NCBI GenBank assembly: GCA_050633305.1
Contig: JBOEGF010000029.1
Span: forward strand, 1-44,121
Origin: Nannocystales bacterium
Lineage (GTDB): Bacteria > Myxococcota_A > Polyangia > Nannocystales > Nannocystaceae
DNA length: 44,121 nt
Reading direction: 5' to 3'
Made by a program: the position numbers and the translations under genes. This document shows positions 26,785-38,248 of the stretch, in pieces. Positions within the stretch are counted from its first letter, which is position 1. Each line of letters starts with the position of its first letter. The notes under the pieces were generated by a model. It was not told where the DNA came from, did no database searches, and saw only the letters and a list, made by a program, of their open reading frames with translations.

Positions 26785-28104
26785 TCAGCCCTCGAAGACT
26801 TCGTCGGTGATGTCGAGCCCTCGATCGATGATCGCAAAGCCCTCCCGCAGCTGCTCTTCGTTGATGCACAGCGGCGGGTTGCACATGAAGCTGCTCCACT
26901 TCACGAAGGTGAACATTCCACTGTCACGGAAGTGCTTGGCGAGCTTGCCCATCGCCGGGTGCGTTCCGTTGTAAGGCGCGAGCAGATCGCCCTTGCTGTT
27001 CTTCTGAACGTCCATGATCCCGAACAGGCCGATCTGTCGGCCTTCGCGAGCGGACGGGTGTTTTTCGACCAGACGGTCCATCTCGGCCCGCATGATCTTG
27101 CCCATCGCCACGGCGTTGTCGATCAGCTTCTCCTCCCGAAGCACCTCGATCGCCGCGATGGCGGTGGCCATCGACATCGCGTGCGCGTTGTAGGTGAGGC
27201 CGCCCCAAAAGGTATTGGTCCGGAAGTGCTCGGCGATCGGGTCGCTGACCGCCATCGCCCCCAGTGGGATGTACGAGCTTGTCAGCCCCTTCGCCATCGT
27301 GACGATGTCCGGAACGATGTCGCCGTGTTCGAACGAGTACATCTTGCCGGTGCGGCCAAAGCCCGCCATGACCTCGTCGGCCACCATCAAGATGCCGTGC
27401 TTGGTCAGCAGATCGCGCAGGCCTTTGAGGTAGCCCTCCGGGGGCGGCATGATGCCGTTGGTCCCGGTGACGGGCTCGATGAACATCGCGGCGATGTTCT
27501 GCGGCCCCTCGTACATGATCACCTCTTCGAGGTACTGCAGGTTGTTCCGGGTCTTCTCCTCGTCGGTCTCCCCGAACGAGTAGTTGTACGGACGCGGGTC
27601 CATCACCCGAACGACGCCGGGCATGCCGGGCTCGTTCATCCAGCGCCGCGGGTCTCCGGTCAGCTGCATGCAGGCGTTGGTGGCCCCGTGATAGCTGCGG
27701 TAGCGGCTGAGGATCTTGTGGCGCCCGGTGTAGAGCCGAGCGGCCTTGATCGCGTTCTCGTTGGCTTCCGCGCCCCCGAGTGTGAAGAAGAACGTGTTGA
27801 GGTTTCCGGGCGTGATCTCAGCCAGCAGCTGACCCAGTCGTGCCCGCACCTCGGTCGCGGTTCCCGGGTAGACGTAGGTGAGCTTGTCGACCTGCGCCTT
27901 GATCGCCTCGCGGACCTTGGGGTGCCCGTGGCCAATGTTCACGCACATCAGCTGACTGTTGAAGTCGAGGATCTTCTCGCCCTCGGGTGTGTACATGTAC
28001 ACCCCCTCCGCCCGCTCGATCGGGAGGGGCTGGACTGCATCCGTCGCAGCCCACGAGTACATCGTGTGCTCCTTGCAGAGCCGAATCATTTCGTCGGATT
28101 CCAT
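26785..28104 (-). CDS. Class III aminotransferase (probable beta-alanine transaminase)
   Basis: AGGAG RBS; GAEANENA, SYHG, DEVMAGFGRTG, TMAKG. Substrate inferred from operon context. Confidence 0.9.
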   Translation of the reverse strand: MESDEMIRLCKEHTMYSWAATDAVQPLPIERAEGVYMYTPEGEKILDFNSQLMCVNIGHGHPKVREAIKAQVDKLTYVYPGTATEVRARLGQLLAEITPGNLNTFFFTLGGAEANENAIKAARLYTGRHKILSRYRSYHGATNACMQLTGDPRRWMNEPGMPGVVRVMDPRPYNYSFGETDEEKTRNNLQYLEEVIMYEGPQNIAAMFIEPVTGTNGIMPPPEGYLKGLRDLLTKHGILMVADEVMAGFGRTGKMYSFEHGDIVPDIVTMAKGLTSSYIPLGAMAVSDPIAEHFRTNTFWGGLTYNAHAMSMATAIAAIEVLREEKLIDNAVAMGKIMRAEMDRLVEKHPSAREGRQIGLFGIMDVQKNSKGDLLAPYNGTHPAMGKLAKHFRDSGMFTFVKWSSFMCNPPLCINEEQLREGFAIIDRGLDITDEVFEG

Positions 28105-28302
28105 AGTGTGTCTCCTTTGCGCCGGGCACGTGCGCGGGCCGGTACGAGGGTGTCTCTTAGAAAGAGAGCGAAGCGCCCTGAGGGCGCGAAGCGGAAAAGA
28201 AGAAAGGGGCGAGCGTACGGCTGCCAGTGAGAGGGGAGTGGAGGGCCGCCCTCGCCCCAACGGGGCGGCCCGGAGAATCCCGTCTCCGACCGACGCGAGG
28301 CC

Positions 28303-29796
28303 CTAACTCATCCAGGTGGAGTCTTTGGCCATCTCCCAGCGGGTGGTGACCTTGCGCGGACGCGTCCAGAAGCGGTAGCCGTCGAACCCGGTGAGGTCAC
28401 CGGTACCGAGCTTGGAGTCGTTCCAGCCACCAAAGGCGAACGGCTCGCGCGGCACGGGCACGCCGATGTTCACGCCGCACATGCCAGCGCTGAAGCGCTC
28501 GACCGCGTACCGAGCCACCCCACCGTTGGTGGTGAAGATCGCAGCGGCATTGCCGTAGACATTGTCGTTCTCGATCTGAATCGCTTCGTCGAGAGTCTTG
28601 GCGCGGATGATCGACAACACGGGCCCGAAGATTTCCTCGCACCCCGCAGGCATGTCGGGCGAGACGTTGTCGAGAATTGTGGGACCGACCCAGTTGCCGG
28701 GCTGCCCTTCGACGCTCTTGCCGCGACCATCGACAAGGACCTTGGCGCCCTTCTTCTCGGCCTCGTTGATGTAGTTGGTGATCCGCTCGACGCTCTGCGG
28801 GTTGATGATCGAGCCCATGTCCTCGCCGAGCGTCATGCCCGAGGTGGTCTTCACGATGCTGTCGATGATCGGCTGCACGTCACCCACTGCGATCATCACC
28901 GAGGCCGCCATGCAGCGCTGGCCCGAGCATCCGTAGGCCGAAGCCACGACGGTGTCGGCGGTGAGCTTGAGCTCGGCGTCGGGCACGACCACCAGGTGGT
29001 TCTTGGCGCCCCCGAGGCAGACGACCTTCTTGCCGGTCTGCGCCGCCCGGGCGTAGACGATGCGCGCCACCTTGGTGCTGCCGACAAAGCCCAGCGCCTG
29101 GATCGTGGTGTTGTCGCAGAGCGCTTCCACGGTCTCCTTGCCCCCGTTGACGATGTTGAGCACACCATCGGGAAGGCCAGCTTCCTTGAAGATCTCCGCC
29201 AGTCGCATCGCGCTGTAGGGGACCTGCTCCGAGGGTTTGAGCACGAACGTGTTTCCAGCGACGAGCGCCTGCGGGAGCATCCACAGCGGGACCATCGTGG
29301 GGAAGTTGAACGGCACCACGCCCGCGCACACGCCCACAGGCTCGTGGGTGACGGCGCAGTTGATGCCGCGGCTCACGTCGAGCTGCTCGCCCTGACCGAG
29401 GTTGGGAATCGAGCATCCGAACTCGACACACTCGATGCCCTTGAGCACGTCGCCCTTGGCCTGGGCCAGGGTCTTGCCGTTCTCGTGGCTGAGCAGCCAG
29501 GCAAGCTCGTCCAGGCGCTCGGTCATGATGTTCTTGACCCGGTACAGCACCTGCGCGCGCTCCTTGAGCGGCGTGGACTTCCAGCCTTCGAACGCTGCGG
29601 TTGCTGCAGCGACGGCACGGTCCACGTCGGTGCCATCGGACCACACGACCTTGCCCATCTCCTTGTCATGCCGTGGGTTCATGACCGGCTGGCTCTTGCC
29701 ACTGGCCGCATCCGACCACTCCCCGCCGATCCAGTTTTTGCAATCGACGTAGGGTTTGAACTCGTAGCTACGGGGGGTGAAATTCGTGTCTGTCAT
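28303..29796 (-). CDS. mmsA: CoA-acylating (methyl)malonate-semialdehyde dehydrogenase
   Basis: PFNFP, LKPSE, FVGST, GGAKNH, GQRCMA, EEIFGP, GVNIGVPVP. Confidence 0.95.
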   Translation of the reverse strand: MTDTNFTPRSYEFKPYVDCKNWIGGEWSDAASGKSQPVMNPRHDKEMGKVVWSDGTDVDRAVAAATAAFEGWKSTPLKERAQVLYRVKNIMTERLDELAWLLSHENGKTLAQAKGDVLKGIECVEFGCSIPNLGQGEQLDVSRGINCAVTHEPVGVCAGVVPFNFPTMVPLWMLPQALVAGNTFVLKPSEQVPYSAMRLAEIFKEAGLPDGVLNIVNGGKETVEALCDNTTIQALGFVGSTKVARIVYARAAQTGKKVVCLGGAKNHLVVVPDAELKLTADTVVASAYGCSGQRCMAASVMIAVGDVQPIIDSIVKTTSGMTLGEDMGSIINPQSVERITNYINEAEKKGAKVLVDGRGKSVEGQPGNWVGPTILDNVSPDMPAGCEEIFGPVLSIIRAKTLDEAIQIENDNVYGNAAAIFTTNGGVARYAVERFSAGMCGVNIGVPVPREPFAFGGWNDSKLGTGDLTGFDGYRFWTRPRKVTTRWEMAKDSTWMS

Positions 29797-29831
29797 CGGA
29801 TCGTCTCCGGGTGTTTGTTTGACCGTGACGG

Positions 29832-31292
29832 TCAGGCGGATGGTTCCGCCGAGAGGGGCACTTCGACGTCGGATCCGTCGTCAAAGTGCGCGAGGCCCCG
29901 CTCTTCGTCGGTGCCAGGAACGAGGTTGTCGAGGGTGACGGCAATGACAGCGCCCACTGCCATGCCGGTCGAGCACAGGGTGTTGACGATCCCGACGAGG
30001 GCTTCCACCACCCAGTGCGCACCCTCGATCGCGATCGGCGAAGCGCCGATGTACGCAGGCAGGCTCAGCCCCATGAAAAACGCGAACCCGATGATGAACA
30101 GGTTTCGCGGGGCGTTCATGTCCACGTACTGCAGGTTCGAGAGCCCGATCGCGACGATCATGCCGAACAGGGTGCAGTACATGCCGCCGACGACCGGCTG
30201 CGGCACGGTGGTGAACAACGCGCCAAACTTCGCCGTCGTGCCCAGCACCAACATGATGATGGCGCCCGCTTGCACGACCCGGCGCGAACCGACGCGTGTC
30301 AGGCCGATGGCGCCGATGTTCTCGGAATAGCTGGTCGTCCCGTTGCCCGAACCGATGATCCCGGCGATCACGCCACCAAGCCCCTCCGTGCCGATGCCGC
30401 GGCTGACAACCTTGGCCGTGGGGATCGGTGCGCCGCTGAGCCTCGCACAGGCGTAGTAGTCGCCTACGGACTCGACGATCGATGCCGCGACCCCGGCCAA
30501 CATGCCGACGATGGCCGCTGCGCTGAAGACCGGCATGCCCCACTGGAACGGCAGCGGAAGCCGAAACCAATCGGCTTGAGCGACCTTGTCCCACGACGTG
30601 TACGCCGGATGTCCGACCTCAAACACGCCGGCCTCCGTGAGCACGATGGCCGTCAGCCACGCGCCACCCATGCCCAGCAGGATCGGGAACAGCTCGAACA
30701 CGCGATGCTTCTTGCGAAGAATCTGGGAGAAGAGGATCACCAAGAAAATCGTCAGCCCGCCGATGCCCCAGTGTTTTCCAGCCGTGGGCGCGCCAAACGG
30801 AAACAGTGCGAGCCCGATCAGCGCGATCGTGGGCGCGATCGTGACCGGGCCGACAAAACGCAGCAGCTTCCCGATCAGCCCCGAGTAGCCGATGGCCATC
30901 TGCGCGAGTCCGCCGATGATCACCGCCCCCTGGATGTGCTGCATCCGAACCTCGAAGCCCGCGGTCTTCAGCGAGGCCATCCCGCAGATCGCGATCGCGG
31001 GCGTCAGAAACGAGAACGTTCCGCCCTGCACAATCGGCAACCGGTTACCAATCGAGGTTTGCAGCAGGGTGGCGATGCCCGACACAAAAAACATCGTGCC
31101 GATGAGCCAGCCCACCTTCTCGGGGTCATTCTCGATCCCCAGTGGCCCTGCCATCATCAGAGGGATGGCGACCGTCGACCCGAACATGGTCAGGTAGTGC
31201 TGCAGACCCAGCACCGCCGTCTCGCCCAGCGGCGGAACATCGTCGACGCCGTAGATCAGCCCGGTCTCGGGCTTGTCGGTAGACTTCGACAT
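29832..31292 (-). CDS. NCS2/NAT (SLC23-like) nucleobase:cation symporter
   Basis: GLQHYL (QH motif), ESVGD, NAT signature ENIGAIGLTRVG; many TM helices. Confidence 0.95.
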   Translation of the reverse strand: MSKSTDKPETGLIYGVDDVPPLGETAVLGLQHYLTMFGSTVAIPLMMAGPLGIENDPEKVGWLIGTMFFVSGIATLLQTSIGNRLPIVQGGTFSFLTPAIAICGMASLKTAGFEVRMQHIQGAVIIGGLAQMAIGYSGLIGKLLRFVGPVTIAPTIALIGLALFPFGAPTAGKHWGIGGLTIFLVILFSQILRKKHRVFELFPILLGMGGAWLTAIVLTEAGVFEVGHPAYTSWDKVAQADWFRLPLPFQWGMPVFSAAAIVGMLAGVAASIVESVGDYYACARLSGAPIPTAKVVSRGIGTEGLGGVIAGIIGSGNGTTSYSENIGAIGLTRVGSRRVVQAGAIIMLVLGTTAKFGALFTTVPQPVVGGMYCTLFGMIVAIGLSNLQYVDMNAPRNLFIIGFAFFMGLSLPAYIGASPIAIEGAHWVVEALVGIVNTLCSTGMAVGAVIAVTLDNLVPGTDEERGLAHFDDGSDVEVPLSAEPSA

Positions 31293-31293
31293 G

Positions 31294-33619
<2,326 letters not shown>

Positions 33620-33817
33620 CTGAGATTCTTCGCCTTGTCAGGCCGAGTCGCTCCGGACCACGGAGAACTCGGCGAAAGAGCGAAGGTATACCAGAGCGGA
33701 ACAGTGGCGGACAAGGCGACGGAACGCTGTTCCGTGTCCTCTTCGGCCGAGGTGCCCCCTTTGCGTCACCTCGATCGGACCGACGCACGAAGGTGATGGG
33801 TGCTCTACGATCGAGCC

Positions 33818-35419
33818 GTGCGCTCGCGTCTGCAAGCCGCGTTCGTGCTCGCTGCCCTGACGTGCTCCGCCCCACCCGCGGACCCCGAGCATGACGACGT
33901 TGTCGAGTCCACGCCGAAACCCAAGTCAGGTCCCGGCGCGGAGATCGACGTTGCGACGTTGCGAAGCCTGACCGCCGAACTGTCCTCGGACGCGTACGAA
34001 GGTCGCGGAACCGGAACGCCCGGAGGACAGCGAGCCGCAAAAACGGTCGCATCGGAGATGGAGGCGCGAGGCTTCGAGACAACAGCGAACGGGTTCGCCC
34101 TGCCGTTGACGCTGCAGGGGTCGACGGCAGGCGGCGTGTCGTTGCGATGGTCGCAGGGAAAGCACTCGGCCGACGTCACGGGCTTCGTGGCCCAGTCCGA
34201 ATCCCCGGCCGGCCCCCACGACTGGAGCCGCGCGTTGGTCTTCGTCGGCTACGGCATCGACAACGGGCCGCAGTGGAACGACTACGCGGGCGTCGACGTG
34301 ACCGACAAGATCGTCGTCGCCCTCGTCGGCGAACCCGATGCGGAGCCATTCCGGGCTCGACCCCCCTCGTCTGTTGGACGCTGGACCTCGAAGCTCGACT
34401 GGGCCCGGGCCCACGGCGCGGCCGGCTGTCTCGTCGTCCACACTCCCGATGCCGGCTACGACTGGGCCGTAGTGCAGACGAGTTTTTCTGGCGAACGATT
34501 CTCCCAGCTTCCAGCTCCAAGTCCCCCGATGGCGTTGCGTGGCTGGCTCTCCGCGACCTCGTTCGAGTCCCTCGTCGGCCTGCCGATCTCACGAGCCCAA
34601 CGCAGAGCATCCGAGGCGGGCGGAGCCACGCGAGTGTTGTCTCGCAAGCTGGAGGCCTCGTACGAGCAACGCATTCGGCTCGTCGAAGAGGTCAACCTCG
34701 TGAGCAGGATCGGCTCTGGGTCGGCGCCAGTCGTGATCGTGACGGCGCACTGGGATCACCTCGGGCGGGTCCCCTTCCCCGTTCCAGCGCAAGATCCGAT
34801 CTTCAACGGTGCGGTCGACAACGCCAGCGGCGTCGCATCCCTCCTCGCGCTCGGCTCGGCCCTGGCCCGTCGACATCGGGAGACCCCGTTGGCAGGCACG
34901 GTCTACCTCGTCGCCACCGCTGCGGAGGAACACGACCTGTTGGGGAGCCGAGCGTTCGCGCGCGACCTGCCCGTCCCGCTCGAATCGGTGGCGGCCGCGA
35001 TCAACCTCGACGGCATGAACGTCGGCGACGCGACCCCGACCGTCGAGTTGGTCTCGGCCGGGTACTCGACCTTGGACGCGCTCTTCGACTCTGCGCTGGT
35101 CCGACAGGGACGTCGCGCCGTGCCAGACCGGTCCCCCCAAAGCGGTGCTGCCTACCGGTCGGACCACCTCCCGTTTCTGCAGCTCGGCATCCCAATTCTC
35201 TACCCAAGCCCCGGTTTTTCGGGCTCAGTGGACCTCATCCGCGCGGGTCAGAAGCGCACAGCCCGCTACCACGCGGTCTCCGACGACTTCGATCCAGCGT
35301 GGTCCTTCGAGGGAGCCCTGGCGGATACACAGGCGATCTACGACGTCGTGATCGACATCGCGGACGGCAAGGTGCGCCCGCGGATGCTCACCGACCCACC
35401 AAGCCCAACAACCCGTTGA
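33818..35419 (+). CDS. M28 family peptidase with PA domain, probable lipoprotein
   Basis: Lipobox AALTC; EGRGTG, VFVGYG (PA domain), AHWDHLG, GAVDNASG, AEE, NLD, RSDH, YH. Confidence 0.92.
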   Translation: MRSRLQAAFVLAALTCSAPPADPEHDDVVESTPKPKSGPGAEIDVATLRSLTAELSSDAYEGRGTGTPGGQRAAKTVASEMEARGFETTANGFALPLTLQGSTAGGVSLRWSQGKHSADVTGFVAQSESPAGPHDWSRALVFVGYGIDNGPQWNDYAGVDVTDKIVVALVGEPDAEPFRARPPSSVGRWTSKLDWARAHGAAGCLVVHTPDAGYDWAVVQTSFSGERFSQLPAPSPPMALRGWLSATSFESLVGLPISRAQRRASEAGGATRVLSRKLEASYEQRIRLVEEVNLVSRIGSGSAPVVIVTAHWDHLGRVPFPVPAQDPIFNGAVDNASGVASLLALGSALARRHRETPLAGTVYLVATAAEEHDLLGSRAFARDLPVPLESVAAAINLDGMNVGDATPTVELVSAGYSTLDALFDSALVRQGRRAVPDRSPQSGAAYRSDHLPFLQLGIPILYPSPGFSGSVDLIRAGQKRTARYHAVSDDFDPAWSFEGALADTQAIYDVVIDIADGKVRPRMLTDPPSPTTR

Positions 35420-35442
35420 ACGAGTGTTATCGTCCGCGAATC

Positions 35443-36978
35443 ATGGCCCGCCGCGTTGTCACCAAGGGCTCCGGCCGCCGTACGGTGGCTGCGAAGAGCT
35501 CCCAAGATGTCGTCGACCTGGACGACCGGCCGCTGTCGCTTCGGCGCAGCCGCGACGGAAAGCGCGTCGTCGTTTCGCTTCCGTACGAAGCGTGGGTCAT
35601 CAACCTCAGCTCGTTGGAGATCGAGAAGACCATCGAGCTCACGACGCCGCGACCCACGGCGTACGAGGGGCACGAGGATGGCACGCTGTGGTTTGGCGGA
35701 AGCCACCTGCACCGCGGCAGCCTCTGGAACGCTGCCACCACCAAGGCGGGTACCAAACTCGGCGGTGTCGTGGACCATGTTTGCATCGTGCGGCCCCGCC
35801 TGTTGTGTGGCGTCGGATCCGTCGGTGAAGTCCTGTGGGACACCGAGAAACAGGAAGAGGTGCACCGCCGCAAAGCGAGCGAGCGTGACGTGCACGCCAT
35901 CGCCGCCAGTGCCGACGGCCGAGCGCTCTTTGCCGACGGAAGCCCGCACGTCTGGGTGATCGATCCCGATCATCCCTCGGGCTACATGAAGCTCAAGTTC
36001 AAGCGCAGCAGCGCGGTCGACGTGGAGCACGAGGGCATCGTCGCGGTCACCGTGGCCGACAACGGTCGTGCGCTGCTGGGCGCGCGTGATGGAGGTGTCG
36101 CGTGGACCAGCAAGGCGCTTCGTGTGGTCGAGGAGCGCTTTCCCAAAGGTTCTGCGCGTCCGCCTCTCGCGCTGGATGCTGCAAACGGGTGGGTCTACGC
36201 GTTGCGGACCGGCGGTGTCCTCGATCGGTTCTCCATTCCTCGCAAAGGCGACGACGAGGATGCTCGGCCCGCCGCGCAGACGCTCCGCCTAGAGCGCTCC
36301 GCCACCTGTATGGTGACCGCGCCGGGTGGGATGCTCGTCTTGGCGGGTCCCCAGTCCGATGATCAGTTGGGGCGACTGTGGACCGTGCAAACCGAATCCC
36401 TCGCGTGGGAACCGCTGGGGCTCACCGAGCGCACGCTGACCGAGGCCCCCCAAGGTGAAGAAGGCGGACGCAAGAAGCCGGACTTCACCCAGGTGCGAAG
36501 CAAGCTGGCGGGGCCAGCGATCTCCACAGTGTCCGTGGATGCGGTCATCTCGGCCGCTCCGGCGTTCTGGGTCACGCGAGACACGAGCGCGATCCTCGAA
36601 CGTCCGACCACCACGATGGAGGCCGCAGATGTCCTGCCGGCCGACGCCTTGTTGCTGCCAGCGATGTTTCGACTCCGCGAGGGCACTGCCCGCCCCGGCC
36701 TCGTCCTGTGGCCGGGAGCTCCCAAGGGACGTCGTCGCAAGGACACGCAGCTCCTTGCGTGGGGGGATGAGCCGCGGCAGTGGCTCTGCCTGGACACGCC
36801 GTCCATTCGAACCCAAGGCTGGTCTCGCCGCGACGTCTTTCCGCTTCAGGTGGCTCTACGACATCCGCTCCCGGAGGTCGCTGGCCAACGTCCGCGCATC
36901 CCGGGGCGGTGGGTCGACGCGGAGCTCTTCGATGCGCTCGCCGCCGAGTGCAAGAAGCTGCTCAAAGTTCTGTGGTAG
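35443..36978 (+). CDS. Hypothetical cytoplasmic protein with WD40/YVTN-like beta-propeller N-terminal region
   Basis: 3' 511 codons of the 34147-36978 ORF; propeller-like strands (SRDGKRVVV, ASADGRALFA, LLGARDGGVAW); no signal peptide. Confidence 0.75.
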   Translation: MARRVVTKGSGRRTVAAKSSQDVVDLDDRPLSLRRSRDGKRVVVSLPYEAWVINLSSLEIEKTIELTTPRPTAYEGHEDGTLWFGGSHLHRGSLWNAATTKAGTKLGGVVDHVCIVRPRLLCGVGSVGEVLWDTEKQEEVHRRKASERDVHAIAASADGRALFADGSPHVWVIDPDHPSGYMKLKFKRSSAVDVEHEGIVAVTVADNGRALLGARDGGVAWTSKALRVVEERFPKGSARPPLALDAANGWVYALRTGGVLDRFSIPRKGDDEDARPAAQTLRLERSATCMVTAPGGMLVLAGPQSDDQLGRLWTVQTESLAWEPLGLTERTLTEAPQGEEGGRKKPDFTQVRSKLAGPAISTVSVDAVISAAPAFWVTRDTSAILERPTTTMEAADVLPADALLLPAMFRLREGTARPGLVLWPGAPKGRRRKDTQLLAWGDEPRQWLCLDTPSIRTQGWSRRDVFPLQVALRHPLPEVAGQRPRIPGRWVDAELFDALAAECKKLLKVLW

Positions 36979-36997
36979 CCGTCATCGGCCGAGCGCT

Positions 36998-38218
36998 TCA
37001 GCTGCGAATCTCGGCCGCTGCGGAAGACTGCAACCCGGAGCTGAGCAGCGCCTCGGCGAACGGGCGCACCGTCTCCCGCAGCGTGACGGCCCGGATGTGT
37101 TCGACGTCCTGAGCCCCGAGAATGCCGTAGGCCTCGCACCCCACCGGGGGTGTTTCCTTGGTCGCGACGTCGAGCGCACTCGAGGTCGCGAATGCTCGGG
37201 CGATGGCACGCGACAGCGATGGATCGACTCGAAGTGCCCACTGTACGACTCGCCAGGCGAGGGCAGCGTGTTCCGCTTCGTCGGCAGCGATCTCTTTCAA
37301 CGCGGCCACAACCGAGGGGTCCGAAGCGCGCTGCGCCGCCAGCTCGGCATGCGCGGCGGCGAGCGTCTCGCCGATGCATCCCTCGTGGACCGTCGCGACC
37401 ACGACATCCTCCAGAGATGTGCTGCGAGAAGACCCGGCGTGCAGCGGGCCGGGTTGCAGAGCCTCCGCGCCGAAGCGCCCCGCGAGCGCAAAGGCCAGCT
37501 CCGCGTGCCGGACCTCGTCCCGCATGGCCGTTGCTGTGTCTCCAAGGAGGTTCGCCGGTGCGCCCACGGAAACAAGTTCGAGCGCGAATCGGGCGAAAGA
37601 TGCGACCGATGCGTGCTCTTCGAGACCGACATCCAGCCAGTATGCCGCGACGTCCGGACGCGCCTGTGCGGCGCTCTGTTGCCCCCACCCGTCCCCAGGA
37701 ACGAGCGAGGCCACCTTCGCGTGCTCGTCGACCATCAACGGCCGCCCCTTCCCACAGATGTCATCGAAAAGGTTTGCGGTGTAGCAGCACTGACCGTCCC
37801 AGAGTTCCGTGCACAGCGTCTGGTTGTAGACGAAGCCGCAACCGGGGTTGGGGAACGTCTCCCCGGCATGGGCCACAGCTTGCCACTGGCACTCGCCGTC
37901 ACACGTGCACTCCGCGACGCTGTTCGCGGTGCCGAAGCAGAAGTCGACGTTGGGATAGCCCGAAGCGGAACATGTACGAAAGGGTCCCCCACTGGTTTCC
38001 AGAGAACCCGTCGAGCTGTCCGCACCCGTTCCACTGGTGGCCTCGACGATCGGCCCCGTGCTTCCGGCCGTCCCGCTGGAGGACGACGACGCCCCGCTGC
38101 CGCCCCGCGAGGAACGGCCGTTGTCGTCCATGACCCGTTCGGTGCACCCAGCCAATGCGGGAGACAACCCTAGCGCCAGCGCGATCGCCCTTCGAACACC
38201 CTCAGCCCGACCATCCAT
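36998..38218 (-). CDS. Myxobacterial-type ferritin-like domain lipoprotein
   Basis: Lipobox LAGC; Cys-rich middle; GRP; di-metal-type ligands EHAS, DEVRH, EGCIGE and DEAEH. Confidence 0.88.
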   Translation of the reverse strand: MDGRAEGVRRAIALALGLSPALAGCTERVMDDNGRSSRGGSGASSSSSGTAGSTGPIVEATSGTGADSSTGSLETSGGPFRTCSASGYPNVDFCFGTANSVAECTCDGECQWQAVAHAGETFPNPGCGFVYNQTLCTELWDGQCCYTANLFDDICGKGRPLMVDEHAKVASLVPGDGWGQQSAAQARPDVAAYWLDVGLEEHASVASFARFALELVSVGAPANLLGDTATAMRDEVRHAELAFALAGRFGAEALQPGPLHAGSSRSTSLEDVVVATVHEGCIGETLAAAHAELAAQRASDPSVVAALKEIAADEAEHAALAWRVVQWALRVDPSLSRAIARAFATSSALDVATKETPPVGCEAYGILGAQDVEHIRAVTLRETVRPFAEALLSSGLQSSAAAEIRS

Positions 38219-38248
38219 GCGTTGAGCATAGCGCGCGGACCTCCTCGA

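Noticed and set aside
34147..35442. 5' extension making a 943-aa ORF (34147-36978)
   Set aside because: It overlaps the M28 peptidase in another frame and is Arg/Pro-rich junk. The protein-like sequence starts at ATG 35443.
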